Below are positions 18,045-28,096 of a stretch of 64,000 bases of DNA, piece by piece. The position numbers and the translations under genes are program-made. The DNA comes from Gloeobacterales cyanobacterium (GTDB lineage Bacteria > Cyanobacteriota > Cyanobacteriia > Gloeobacterales > PMM-0068): assembly GCA_038245785.1 (NCBI GenBank), contig JBBRSB010000008.1, positions 71,823-135,822 of the forward strand. The letters run 5' to 3'. The notes beneath the pieces are model-generated. The model ran no database searches. It saw only the letters and a program-made list of their open reading frames with translations, and was not told where the DNA came from. How positions within the stretch are numbered: position 1 is the stretch's first letter; the number at the start of each line of letters is the position of its first letter.

Positions 18045-20255
18045 CTAGCCGATTAGCTCCATGGCCCGCTTGGCAATTGCTGATGCGGTTATACCGTTAA
18101 ATTCCATTAATTGCGCAGGACTGGCGGTAGTTTCTCCCCGCTTCCAGGCAAAGGTATCTCGTTTTGGGGCAGTAGTTCTGAGCATAACGGGTTCAAGAGA
18201 TGCACTCGCTCCTCCGGTAACGCCGATAAGGGCATCGGCTCCAAAGAACGCCTCAAATTCGGCATCGCCCAAGAAATCACCATCAGGCTCAGAACAGGTG
18301 TCCCAAGCTACATCATGCGTACGGTAAAGACGGCGAGGATTGACTACAGAGACAATCTTCACCCCGATACCCTGATTTTCTAACTGAGTAGCCGCTTCAA
18401 AAACAGGAAGCAGAGCCATGTCGCCAATAACGGCAAACACAACTTTCTTGGTCCCAGCGGTTTCCTTTAGGACAATCGCTCCGTCCTTAAGGGCTTGACG
18501 CGCTTGGTCGAGGGTTGTGCGAATCGGCAGCGGAGATTTACTGGTAGTGATCACGATGCCTTTATTTTTCGTGGTTAGCGCCCATTCATAGGCGGCTTGA
18601 ATTCCGTTGGCATCGGTAGGGAATAGCGGAAAGATATTGCCATTGCGCATCATCGCTGCAAAATAAGCTTCGATTTCAGGGCGTTGATGGGTCCAGCCAT
18701 TACGACCTTGCTCCAAAGCTCCCGCCGTAAACAGGGTGATGGTTGAAGGGGTAGGACGACGTAGTTCTGCCATCGCTTGTGTCACCGTTTGCCAAATCGG
18801 AAGACCATTGATCGCAAAAGATTCGTAGGAGCACCAGAGGCTACGGCTGCCCATAAGAGCCAGCCCAACCGCCAACCCGGCACAGGCATCTTCACTCAGA
18901 GGTTCATAGACTTGGCCGTCAGGACTCTGAAAATAGAGGGGGTCTGTGGTTGGATGGATAATTTTGAGGGCCTGGTTGATATTGGCCAGTCCTGAAGCTT
19001 CGTTGCCATCAGCATTGGAGACAACAAACTTGGGGTCTTTCTGGCCGACTTGAGCAACGAGGAGACCCATGGCTGTGGTCGGAACTTTTGGCTCACCGCC
19101 TACGGGAAAATCTTGCAGAGTAAGTTCACCTAGTTCCTGAAGCGGCAGCACAAATTCTGTAACCGCTGTCTTACCCGCAGGCCCGCCCCCAGCCCGCTCA
19201 CAGTTGGTCCGCACCAAGGCCCAGGCTTCTGGGGATAGCGCACGTTCTTTTAGGGCACCGACGATATCTTCATTGTCTAGGGTGTGGTGAGCATAGAGAT
19301 TATGGGATTTAGCGCCCCGTGCATGGACTCCTGCTCCTTTGAGCTGTTTGATAATTAAGACTGTAAGTTTACCGCTCAGGGCAGAGCGGGCTGCTTCATC
19401 GGCGGCTACGAGCACGGCCTCTGTGAATTCCATGCGCTGCTCGAACGAAAAAATCGTGCTATCGACAAAGGGACCGGGCTGGTTTTGGTCATCAAAATCT
19501 TTAGCATCGACCAAAATCACTTCTTCAAAGCTATTCCCCGTCCAGTAATCCATCATTTGTTCATCAGCAAAGGTGGAGACCATACTGTGATGCTCTTGGC
19601 TGAAGCCATTCCAGACCAGAACGGGTAGAAAATTAGTGATGTTAGGATAGGCCGTGTGGAAATGCATCATCGAACTCATGATGTAGGGCTCACCCAAACC
19701 ACCATCACCGACGGTAAAGGGAAAAAGCTTTCCAGGATGCAAAAAGGCAGCAGCCATCGCAAAGTGCTGTCCTTGTCCAAGAGGACCCGCTGGAGCCAGA
19801 ATTCCAGGGATATAGCCCGACAGGTGCCCAAGCAATCCATGTTTCTCGCGATAGCCTTCCCGTAGCTGCGCGACTGTATGGATACCCATATCTTCCAGGG
19901 AACGGTCCATGAACATCGCACTATAGAACCCAGGAGCATGGTGACCGACTTCCGTCGGGATATTTTTGTGGCCGAGCATCACTAGCGAGGCATAGGCTTC
20001 TACTGAGCTAGCAAAACCGCCAGGGTGTCCTGAAGCTTTACTGGCTGTGATTTGTAGAGTAAGGTAACGTAGCGCATCCGCCGCCAGCAAAGTCTGAAAT
20101 ACCGCCGCATCATCGGTAGGATCCGTGATGCTATGGCTTCCTTCGGCTATCGCAGGAGTTTTCCCATAGCGGTCAAAGCCAGGAAGTGGTTTACCGAAGT
20201 ATTGCACTCCTTCACAGAAAGCGGGGGTGGAAGTTTGGCTGGCAGTCGTCGTCAT
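18045..20255 (-). CDS. Cyanobacterial phosphoketolase/transketolase-like TPP enzyme
   Basis: SGHPGG, GPLGQG, GDGGLGE...N TPP motif, QGRNGWTHQRP. Confidence 0.85.
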   Translation of the reverse strand: MTTTASQTSTPAFCEGVQYFGKPLPGFDRYGKTPAIAEGSHSITDPTDDAAVFQTLLAADALRYLTLQITASKASGHPGGFASSVEAYASLVMLGHKNIPTEVGHHAPGFYSAMFMDRSLEDMGIHTVAQLREGYREKHGLLGHLSGYIPGILAPAGPLGQGQHFAMAAAFLHPGKLFPFTVGDGGLGEPYIMSSMMHFHTAYPNITNFLPVLVWNGFSQEHHSMVSTFADEQMMDYWTGNSFEEVILVDAKDFDDQNQPGPFVDSTIFSFEQRMEFTEAVLVAADEAARSALSGKLTVLIIKQLKGAGVHARGAKSHNLYAHHTLDNEDIVGALKERALSPEAWALVRTNCERAGGGPAGKTAVTEFVLPLQELGELTLQDFPVGGEPKVPTTAMGLLVAQVGQKDPKFVVSNADGNEASGLANINQALKIIHPTTDPLYFQSPDGQVYEPLSEDACAGLAVGLALMGSRSLWCSYESFAINGLPIWQTVTQAMAELRRPTPSTITLFTAGALEQGRNGWTHQRPEIEAYFAAMMRNGNIFPLFPTDANGIQAAYEWALTTKNKGIVITTSKSPLPIRTTLDQARQALKDGAIVLKETAGTKKVVFAVIGDMALLPVFEAATQLENQGIGVKIVSVVNPRRLYRTHDVAWDTCSEPDGDFLGDAEFEAFFGADALIGVTGGASASLEPVMLRTTAPKRDTFAWKRGETTASPAQLMEFNGITASAIAKRAMELIG

Positions 20256-20382
20256 ACGTAGATACCTAATGCAGCATGGGCTAGCTTTTTATCGTACATC
20301 CGCTTCTGAACAGGACTAGTTAAATTTGGAGATCCCCCGGCCAAAATGCTATTCGAAGCAATAGGCAGCGTTGCTAATATGC

Positions 20383-20452
20383 GCCCCCTAAATCCCCCAA
20401 TGCTGGGGGACTTTGAATGTAGCACCCCCCAAAGTTGGGGGGCAGGGGGGCG
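20383..20452. repeat. GC-rich palindromic dispersed repeat
   Basis: CCCCCTAAATCCCCCAATGCTGGGGGAC...CCCCCCAAAGTTGGGGGGCAGGGGGGCG. Confidence 0.65.
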
Positions 20453-20511
20453 AGGAGAGCGCGGGGGGATGCAGTCAAAAACCCAATAATTTCTACAAAA
20501 GATTTAAAGAC

Positions 20512-21837
20512 TCACTTTACATCTTTAAGCTTAATTCCCCGAATCGAATAATCCAGTAATTCCATAGGATGCATAATCGGTACTGTTTTCCCTTGGAGTT
20601 CTAAATGCTTCCGTATTTGTAGTCCACAGCCAGGATTTGGAGAAGCAATCAGTTCTGCCCCTGTGTTAACAAGATTGGTTACTTTCTGCTGGCCTAATTC
20701 ATCGGCAATTTCTGGTTGCAAGATGTTATAGACTCCAGCACTACCGCAGCATAGAGCTGCATCGATAGGTTCTTTAAGCTTCAAACCAGGAATCTTTTGG
20801 AGGAGTCTACGCGGTTGCATACTAATTTTTTGGCCATGTAATAGATGACAGGCATCTTGATAGACCACGGTTAAAGCCTGGTCTGACAGAGGAGAAAGCG
20901 GAACCGTTAAACCAACATCATGTAGAAATTCTTGGACATCTCTAACTCGATTAGCAAATTGCTTAGCTTTTTCTCGATAGTTCGGGTCGTCCTGCAAAAT
21001 ATGACCATATTCTTTCAGAGTATGACCACATCCTGCTGCATTGATGATGATGTAATCTACCCCAGTATTTTCAAAGCTATCGATCATTTGGCGGGCCATC
21101 TCTTGGGCCTGCGCTTCTTGTCCTTGATGGTGAGGTAAAGCTGCGCAGCAGCCCTGACTTTGAGGAACAACCACTTCACAGCCATTGGCCGTTAAGACTC
21201 TAGCCGTAGCTTCGTTGACATTGGTAAAAAGAAGCCGTTGGATACAGCCCAAGATCATGCCGACTCGATAGCGTTTTTCTCCCTGTGCAGGTATTAAAGC
21301 TGGCAAACTATCGCGAAAAGCACTCATCGGAATCTCTGGCAAAATCGATTCCATACTGGCTAGACGAGGGAATACTTTTCTAAAGATTCCCGTTGAGCGG
21401 ATTACCTTCTGTAGCCCCAGTTTTTGATAGGGAATCATCGGAGCCATTAAGACCCGCAGCCTTTTGGGATAGGGCAAGAGGCTAAACATAAGCTTACGCA
21501 GTATGCGGTCTGGCAAACTGCGAGAATAATTCCGTTCTACTTGAAATCGTGTAGCAGAAATCAGTTGGTCATACTGTACGCCCGAAGGACAAGTAGAGAC
21601 ACAGGCCAAGCAGCCTAAACAGGAATCAAAATGTTGGCTGGAGGTGGGCGAAAGAGGCATCTCTCCTTTATTAATCTGCTCCATAAGATAGATGCGCCCT
21701 CTTGGCGAATCCATTTCAGTCCCTAAGACTCGATAGCTAGGACAGGTCGATAGACAAAATCCACAGTGCACACAGGAACTAATCAGTTTTGGGTCTGGAG
21801 GATGCTCTGTATCAAATCCTTTAGCTTGTGTTTCCAC
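20512..21837 (-). CDS. glcF: Glycolate oxidase iron-sulfur subunit
   Basis: CVHCGFCLSTCP, DSPRGRI, CLGCLACVSTCPSGV, CCG domains. Confidence 0.9.
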   Translation of the reverse strand: METQAKGFDTEHPPDPKLISSCVHCGFCLSTCPSYRVLGTEMDSPRGRIYLMEQINKGEMPLSPTSSQHFDSCLGCLACVSTCPSGVQYDQLISATRFQVERNYSRSLPDRILRKLMFSLLPYPKRLRVLMAPMIPYQKLGLQKVIRSTGIFRKVFPRLASMESILPEIPMSAFRDSLPALIPAQGEKRYRVGMILGCIQRLLFTNVNEATARVLTANGCEVVVPQSQGCCAALPHHQGQEAQAQEMARQMIDSFENTGVDYIIINAAGCGHTLKEYGHILQDDPNYREKAKQFANRVRDVQEFLHDVGLTVPLSPLSDQALTVVYQDACHLLHGQKISMQPRRLLQKIPGLKLKEPIDAALCCGSAGVYNILQPEIADELGQQKVTNLVNTGAELIASPNPGCGLQIRKHLELQGKTVPIMHPMELLDYSIRGIKLKDVK

Positions 21838-23183
21838 TAAATATCCCCTACAAAACGATTGGGATTGAGTAACTTTCCTGGATCAAACTGATTCTTCAAG
21901 GAACGCATAAGGCCCAATGAATTGGAGGTATAACCCCAAACATCGAACTTTTGCTTGAGGGCAACAGGGGCTTCCAGAATGCTAAGAAATCCTTGTTGAG
22001 TCTGATAATAAGTCCGGAGTTCCATAAGGAAACGCTGGAGGTTATCTGCCGATGAATCTTCTACCTGTATAACACCAACGCCACTACCTGCATGAAGGAT
22101 GCCCAACGTTTTTTCTACAGACAAATTATGTTTTTTGGCCATAGTTTCTAGCATCGTGAGCGCTTCTACTGCATGGGAAGGTAAGACCCCTATCTTGCAT
22201 GTTACTGCCGGATTTTTAGGTTCTCGTACTTCTTGTACGCTTTTCCACAAGCGAACTTCTTCTTGTTCAACGAAAGATATACTCGATAAGCGCAATTCCT
22301 GAGTGATTGCTTGCCATTGGCGAGATTGCTCCTGCACGCTGGCCTCTAATCCCTGAAAGCGAATGAGCAGCCCTGAGGCTCGTTCAGCGCCTAGACGAGA
22401 TACAAGATTCGGCGAAAGAAGATCTGCCGTCGTTGGGGTCAGCACTGAACGAAATAGAATTTCTCTAGCCTGCGTGATTTTTGTCATATCCCCCGTCATC
22501 AATAGGGTCTTGGAAGTTTCTGGCAAGGGATAGAGGCGCAAAGTCACCTGTGCTATAAATCCCAAGGTGCCATAGGCTCCGGTAAAGAGTTTCATCAAGT
22601 CATAGCCTGCAACATTCTTGACGACGCGCCCTCCTGCTTTCGCCACTTGACCATCCGCCCGAATAAAGGAAATGCCCAGCAACAGGTCACGGACGCCCCC
22701 ATAGCGTTGACGTAAAGAGCCTGTATCTGCTGTGGCGATGATGCCTCCAAGCGTTGCTGTACCGCTATAGGTCGGGTCCAACGGCAGGAATTGGCCTTCT
22801 TTCGCCAAAATCGCCTGTAGATAGGCAAAGGGGATTCCTGCTTCCACCGTAACGGTCAGATCTCCCACGGCATGATCTATCAAGCGAATAAGACCCTTAC
22901 TGCTGACTACGATCTGAGGTTCTTTAACCAGTCCGCCCCAGCCAAGCTTACTTCCCTTGCCTGCCAGCAACATCCGCCATTTATGACGCTGAGCACAGGC
23001 TATGACTTCAGCCAGCTCTTCCTGGCTACTGGGAGAAACCATACAGGCTATGGCAGATGAGGGCGTAACCGCCTGCTCTATTTTTGCTTGCCAAGCAGGT
23101 TCTAGATCTATAGGCGAATGAACGAGCGTTGACCCGACCATGGATTCCAGTTTTTCTACAATAAGCGCTTGATCCACTACCAC
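21837..23183 (-). CDS. glcE: Glycolate oxidase FAD-binding subunit
   Basis: DLTVTVEAG, ATLGG, GGRVVKNVAGYDLMKL, FDP..LLNP. Confidence 0.9.
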   Translation of the reverse strand: MVVDQALIVEKLESMVGSTLVHSPIDLEPAWQAKIEQAVTPSSAIACMVSPSSQEELAEVIACAQRHKWRMLLAGKGSKLGWGGLVKEPQIVVSSKGLIRLIDHAVGDLTVTVEAGIPFAYLQAILAKEGQFLPLDPTYSGTATLGGIIATADTGSLRQRYGGVRDLLLGISFIRADGQVAKAGGRVVKNVAGYDLMKLFTGAYGTLGFIAQVTLRLYPLPETSKTLLMTGDMTKITQAREILFRSVLTPTTADLLSPNLVSRLGAERASGLLIRFQGLEASVQEQSRQWQAITQELRLSSISFVEQEEVRLWKSVQEVREPKNPAVTCKIGVLPSHAVEALTMLETMAKKHNLSVEKTLGILHAGSGVGVIQVEDSSADNLQRFLMELRTYYQTQQGFLSILEAPVALKQKFDVWGYTSNSLGLMRSLKNQFDPGKLLNPNRFVGDI

Positions 23184-23476
23184 CTATCTGACTGCAGAGA
23201 TGGTTTCAATATAAAGCTATTTCTCTGCTTGAAGGCTTATGTTTTTAAAAGTATCAGGGTGGGAAAATCATACGAGGAAATAGATAGTGAAAGTAATAGT
23301 AACAAGAATTGCAGAATAATAAATCCTAGTCTGAATCAATGGAGATTCTGGAATTAACGATATAAAAGGGCTAATAAGATACAAGGCTAAATGACGTTTC
23401 TCTAGAACAGGATATGTCTATTGTAATCCTAGTTAAATTGAAAAATTTTGTGTTATGGCAAGGTTTGATTAGACCA

Positions 23477-23505
23477 ACCCCTCAGTCCCTACGGGACTGA
23501 GGGGT
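23477..23505. terminator. Perfect 13-bp hairpin after the ABC transporter
   Basis: ACCCCTCAGTCCC-TAC-GGGACTGAGGGGT. Confidence 0.6.
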
Positions 23506-23508
23506 AGA

Positions 23509-25272
23509 TCAAGCTGCAATCATTTGAAGACGATATAGACTCGCATATAGCCCATTTTGCTGCATGAGCTGCTCATGACTCCCCTCTTCCACCAGTTCAC
23601 CCCGCTTCAACACTAAGATACGGTCTACATTGCGAATCGTTGTTAAACGGTGGGCAATGATGATTGCTGTTCGGCCTTCTAATAATCGGTCTAAAGCCTC
23701 TTGAACCAACGCTTCTGTCCTGACATCCAGACTGGCGGTGGCTTCATCCAATACCAGAATCGGAGGATAGCGTACGGCAGCTCGGGCAAATGCCAAAAGC
23801 TGCTTTTGGCCAGAGGAAAGGTTATTGCCCCGCTCTCTGATTTCCGTTTGATAGCCTTGAGGTAAGTGCTGAATAAAACTATCTACATTCATTCTTTGAG
23901 CAGCAGATTCAATCTTCTCTTGGGGATAATCGTCTCCAAGAGCAATATTAGAGGCGACATCTCCTGAGAAGAGAAACCCTTCCTGCAAAATCACACCGAC
24001 ATAGTTGCGCAGTTCTGCTTGTGTAACCTGAGTGATATCGACACCATCAATTAAAATTCGACCTTCACTAGGCTCATACAAGCGAGAAAGAAGACGAATA
24101 ATTGAACTCTTGCCTGCTCCCGTGGGACCAACCAGTGCTACTTTTTCTCCAGGCTTAATCTTAAAACTTAAATCCTTAAGGACTGTTTCATCTTCCTTGT
24201 AGGCAAGAGATACATGCTCAAAGGTGATTTCACCCTTAGCTTCCGATAAAGGCAGATGCTGTGGGTTTTCTGGATCTTTAATTTCAATCGGTTCATCCAA
24301 AATTGCACTCAATCGTTCTATAGAGGTGAAACCAGACTGAAATACGGTGAATTTTTCAGTGATTTGACGAATTGGGTTAAACAGACGCTGAGCATACTGG
24401 ATAAAAGCAACGAGTACGCCAAAGGTAATGCTCTGATCAAGTGTTTTAATACCGCCAAACCAGAGAAGAAGTGCAATGCCTACCAATCCAGCCCATTCCA
24501 TGATGGCGGAAATAGAACTATCAAAAAGAATGGTTTCGTCGAGTGCTTTGATATAGCGATTATTGACCTGACCATAATTTTCGTTGTTACGCTTTTCTCG
24601 ACGGAATAGCTGAACTACGTTGATACCCAGGATATTCTCCTGGAGGACCGCATTTAGAGAAGATAGTTCTTCTCTACTTCTAAAAGTTGCCGCCCGATAA
24701 CGTTTTTGAAAATAGAGGACCATGCCCGTTATCGGGATTATCCAGACAAAGAGAATCAAAGCTAGCCAGGGATTTAAGGCCGCCATAAAACCTAAGACAA
24801 CGAGGATAGAAAAGAAGTCACTTATCACCCCTACGGCTCCCGTAGAGAAGACATCTCCTAACGCCTCCACATCACTGGTTAAACGGGTAATCAACTTACC
24901 CACAGGCATCTTGCTAAAGTAATTAGAAGATAGCGACAAAACATGATTAAACAAATTTTGACGGATAGAAGCGGTCATTTTCTGGCCAGCTTTCTGAACG
25001 AGAAAACCCTGTACGCTCTGAAATACGATTTGTACCAGTAAGGATCCAGCCAAGAGCCAAACATACTGATGTAGACCATCTAAGTTGCCCGTGGCAATCG
25101 GACCATCAATCGCTTTTTGGACGAGTAAGGGCTGTACGGCCGAGGCCGAAGATAAAAAGGGCAGCAGGACCAAAGCTATCGCAAAGGTTTTCCATTCTTT
25201 TTTGGCGAAGGGTAAAAGCCTCTTGAGAAGCTGTAGATCTTTATTCTTGGGCAATACCTTAAACGATTTCAC
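23509..25272 (-). CDS. ABC exporter, fused permease/ATPase (MdlB-like)
   Basis: TM domain; GPTGAGKS, LSSGQKQ, LDEAT, IAHRL. Confidence 0.95.
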   Translation of the reverse strand: MKSFKVLPKNKDLQLLKRLLPFAKKEWKTFAIALVLLPFLSSASAVQPLLVQKAIDGPIATGNLDGLHQYVWLLAGSLLVQIVFQSVQGFLVQKAGQKMTASIRQNLFNHVLSLSSNYFSKMPVGKLITRLTSDVEALGDVFSTGAVGVISDFFSILVVLGFMAALNPWLALILFVWIIPITGMVLYFQKRYRAATFRSREELSSLNAVLQENILGINVVQLFRREKRNNENYGQVNNRYIKALDETILFDSSISAIMEWAGLVGIALLLWFGGIKTLDQSITFGVLVAFIQYAQRLFNPIRQITEKFTVFQSGFTSIERLSAILDEPIEIKDPENPQHLPLSEAKGEITFEHVSLAYKEDETVLKDLSFKIKPGEKVALVGPTGAGKSSIIRLLSRLYEPSEGRILIDGVDITQVTQAELRNYVGVILQEGFLFSGDVASNIALGDDYPQEKIESAAQRMNVDSFIQHLPQGYQTEIRERGNNLSSGQKQLLAFARAAVRYPPILVLDEATASLDVRTEALVQEALDRLLEGRTAIIIAHRLTTIRNVDRILVLKRGELVEEGSHEQLMQQNGLYASLYRLQMIAA

Positions 25273-25284
25273 GCAGAAATGCTC

Positions 25285-26376
25285 CTAGACCGCTGGATTG
25301 AGGGCTTTGGCCGTAGGGGGGAGCGAGGCTATAAACCGAGCATAACCCAAAGCTTCTGTCTCAAAGAAGTATTTCATGGGGAAAACAGCAATGTCCCGGC
25401 CTTGCATTTTACGAATACGTTGCACCGTAGTATACAGGTCCCGGTCTGCGACAACAACACTCAAACGATTGCCCAGAGAACCATCCACTAAATTTGCGCT
25501 CCCTGAGGAGTGAGAGCCGTAGGCCTCAGACAGGGTCAGCCCTCGGGTTGCAGCCGTTGCTAGTTGGCGATAAACCCATTCCGTGGGGTCCACCCCTGCG
25601 GGCGTGAGGGTGCTATCTACATTCGCCACCACGAGATAGTACGACTGGGCTCTGAGATGACTTTCAATCAGGTCGATAAAGGTCTGGAGTTGTTCTAGCT
25701 TATGCGGTGCAATATCTCGGTTTACCACTAAGCAAGCCTGAGAACGGAAAATGGGAGGGGATAAGGGCCTAAGGTTGTTGGCCGTCAGGGTAGAACCTGT
25801 GGTCATATTGTCGCTAATCAAATCAGCAAGGCCCAGCTTGGGCGTAATTTCTGTAGCCCCTTCCGAGGGAATGAGCATAAAGTGATTGATGCCCCGACGG
25901 TCCAGAAAGTCACTAGTCAGATAGAGAAACTTCGTCGCAATCCTCATGGTGTGGCCTTCTGTGCGCCATTGAAGAGCTAAATCCGCCAAGTCTCCGATCG
26001 CAGTAATATCAATCCATTCATTCGGTACAGCCAGCACCAGGTCAGCTGAGCCATAGCCCAAATCTTCCAGGACTACCGAAAGCTTGGACAGTTTCCGGTC
26101 TTCCGCACGGGTCCCCCATCCCAGTTCGGTAACGAGGTCTAAGCCCGTAATGCCAACATCTACGGTGCCTTCATTGACCTTAGCTGGAATCTCTGTCGCT
26201 CTTTGGTAAAGGATCCTTGAACCCGGTAGCGTTTTGATGGAACTCTCATAGCTACGTTCCCCTTTACTCTTGGGCGGCAAGCCACAATTCTTGAGCAGGG
26301 ACATCGTCGCTTCGTACAGGGCTCCTTTGGAAGGCAGCGCTACCGAAAGGCCATCAACAGGACTGTTCATCATCAA
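25285..26376 (-). CDS. hisG: ATP phosphoribosyltransferase, long form
   Basis: ALPSKG, DVGITGLD, LGYG, RIATKF, EGATE, TTGSTL.AN.L, plus about 110-aa C-terminal extension. Confidence 0.85.
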   Translation of the reverse strand: MMMNSPVDGLSVALPSKGALYEATMSLLKNCGLPPKSKGERSYESSIKTLPGSRILYQRATEIPAKVNEGTVDVGITGLDLVTELGWGTRAEDRKLSKLSVVLEDLGYGSADLVLAVPNEWIDITAIGDLADLALQWRTEGHTMRIATKFLYLTSDFLDRRGINHFMLIPSEGATEITPKLGLADLISDNMTTGSTLTANNLRPLSPPIFRSQACLVVNRDIAPHKLEQLQTFIDLIESHLRAQSYYLVVANVDSTLTPAGVDPTEWVYRQLATAATRGLTLSEAYGSHSSGSANLVDGSLGNRLSVVVADRDLYTTVQRIRKMQGRDIAVFPMKYFFETEALGYARFIASLPPTAKALNPAV

Positions 26377-26498
26377 ATAACCACAAGGCCTTTCCCATTA
26401 TCTCGGTATTTTAGTCCCGTGCTTGCTCGGGAGTGATCCGTTCTACCAAGTCCCATATCGCCACTAACCCCCAGAGGTGCATCTGGGGGCAATGATTA

Positions 26499-26924
26499 CT
26501 ACTCAAGGGTCGGCGCATCGTCCTCTGATAACCCCGCTTCCTCAAACATCTTGAGCGCTGGCCTAGCATGGTCCCGAGCAGCACGATATTCTTGCCTAAG
26601 CTTCACGTAACTGCCCAAACTATCAATTTCAGTCAATAGCTGTTCAGCCTCTTCCTCAGAAATGTCTTCATTTGAAAACAGCTTTTCAAGCAAAGGTTTA
26701 ACATTAGCCACATCCTTGCGGCCTCTCTGCACACTCAACTTAAGCACTACCAGGGCCTTCACTTCCTCAATCGCTCGTTCTGATTCGCTCTTCTTGGACT
26801 GTCTAGCAGTGCGCTTTTTCTTCTCAGACTCAATAGGCTCAGATTCTTTTTCAGAGGCAGAAGGCTCTATATTCTGTACCTCTTTCTTCTCTTTAGTCGC
26901 AACCATTTGACAAACTCCATGCAA
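26499..26924 (-). CDS. Hypothetical charged helical protein
   Basis: Open 141-aa frame followed by a hairpin (CCCCAGA...TCTGGGG, about 26469-26489). Confidence 0.6.
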   Translation of the reverse strand: MHGVCQMVATKEKKEVQNIEPSASEKESEPIESEKKKRTARQSKKSESERAIEEVKALVVLKLSVQRGRKDVANVKPLLEKLFSNEDISEEEAEQLLTEIDSLGSYVKLRQEYRAARDHARPALKMFEEAGLSEDDAPTLE

Positions 26925-27182
26925 TTAATATTCTTCAACAATTATACCTAACATCAGTTAGATGCTCAATGTTATTAGTACACTTTATTATTACTAAGAA
27001 TAAGCACGGGAAATCAATAATTTGCTTTCCTCTCTCTCATCACATTCAAGTCGCAAATAGAACTAAATAGGGCTCCCAATGCACCAAGCCCCAAGGGCAG
27101 AGATCTGGGGATCTATCGCCGTCCAAAGTCCTCAAAAATTTTCGGGTCTGCCGTTGCAAGGGCAATGAGCTCCAGGGACTGG

Positions 27183-27554
27183 TCATAATCTTCTTGCAAC
27201 CTCGTACTCATCTGCCTTCATTACCGTCATCACCCGCCGCGTAACGCACGGATTCGATGGGTCCGCACCGTCGAACTTCTGCTCGTGGTCGAAATAGTCG
27301 ATTTTCCAAAAGTATTCCTCGGCTCTATTTAGCTTTATACTCCCAAAATCATGCTCCCCATAAGCGTCGTTGCTTTCGACGGACCCCGTGAACTGCTGTT
27401 GCTGTATCAGCCCCAGCAACTTCACCAATGTTTCAGCGTCTAGGGATCTCACGGCCTGAGATAACAACCAACCATTCCCTAAACCTTTTGCCCGAAATTG
27501 GTCGTTCAAGGTCGCAATCCGCTGCCGTATCGTTTCCGCTTCGAGTGCTTCCAT
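27183..27554 (-). CDS. DUF3768 family protein
   Basis: IATLNDQFR, NDAYGEHDFG, FWKIDYFD, TRRVMTVM.ADEY. Confidence 0.85.
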   Translation of the reverse strand: MEALEAETIRQRIATLNDQFRAKGLGNGWLLSQAVRSLDAETLVKLLGLIQQQQFTGSVESNDAYGEHDFGSIKLNRAEEYFWKIDYFDHEQKFDGADPSNPCVTRRVMTVMKADEYEVARRL

Positions 27555-27850
27555 CTCATCCCCGTGTTCTATCTCTTGATGATCTTTGTAAATCGCCCAG
27601 TCCTTCTCTTGCTCAGACGTAGTCTCTCTATATTCTCCGCTGTGGCTGATAAAACGGAGTACAGCAATATAAAGGCAAAAGAAAAATCATCAGAAAGTTC
27701 TTAAGGCTTGCCCAAATGTTCCTAAGCGTCCCGCAAGAAATTTTATTTATGTGGATTAAACAAAAAAGAGGTAACTATATGATGTTGAATTTACGACGAA
27801 GGTAGCTACTTTGCCTGAAGATTATTTGGAAGAACCAAAACTCAAAATGA

Positions 27851-28012
27851 CATCGATTCCCTGCCAAGATAATTCCCTATGGTGTCTGGCTATACTACAC
27901 CTTTCCTCTGAGTTTCAGAAATCTCGAAAAGATGATGCTTTACCGCTCCCTTGATCCTTCCGTCGAAAAACAGTGCTTATTTTTGGAGATATGCAGTTAA
28001 GTTAACAATCTC
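27851..28012 (+). mobile_element. IS6-family transposase remnant with putative right inverted repeat
   Basis: 27851-27946 translates HRFPAKIIPYGVWLYYTFPLSFRNLEKMMLYR; TTAAGTTAACAATCTC at 27997-28012. Confidence 0.75.
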
Positions 28013-28096
28013 TACCCAAAGAGTGAGTCTGCAAGCTAGGATTTGCTTATGAACTGTTTGCTCGCTCCTGATCAGGAAAATTTAACCACAGCATTC

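Noticed and set aside
23190..23460. AT-rich spacer between glcE and the ABC gene as a small gene or glcD relic
   Set aside because: No convincing ORF or glcD similarity.
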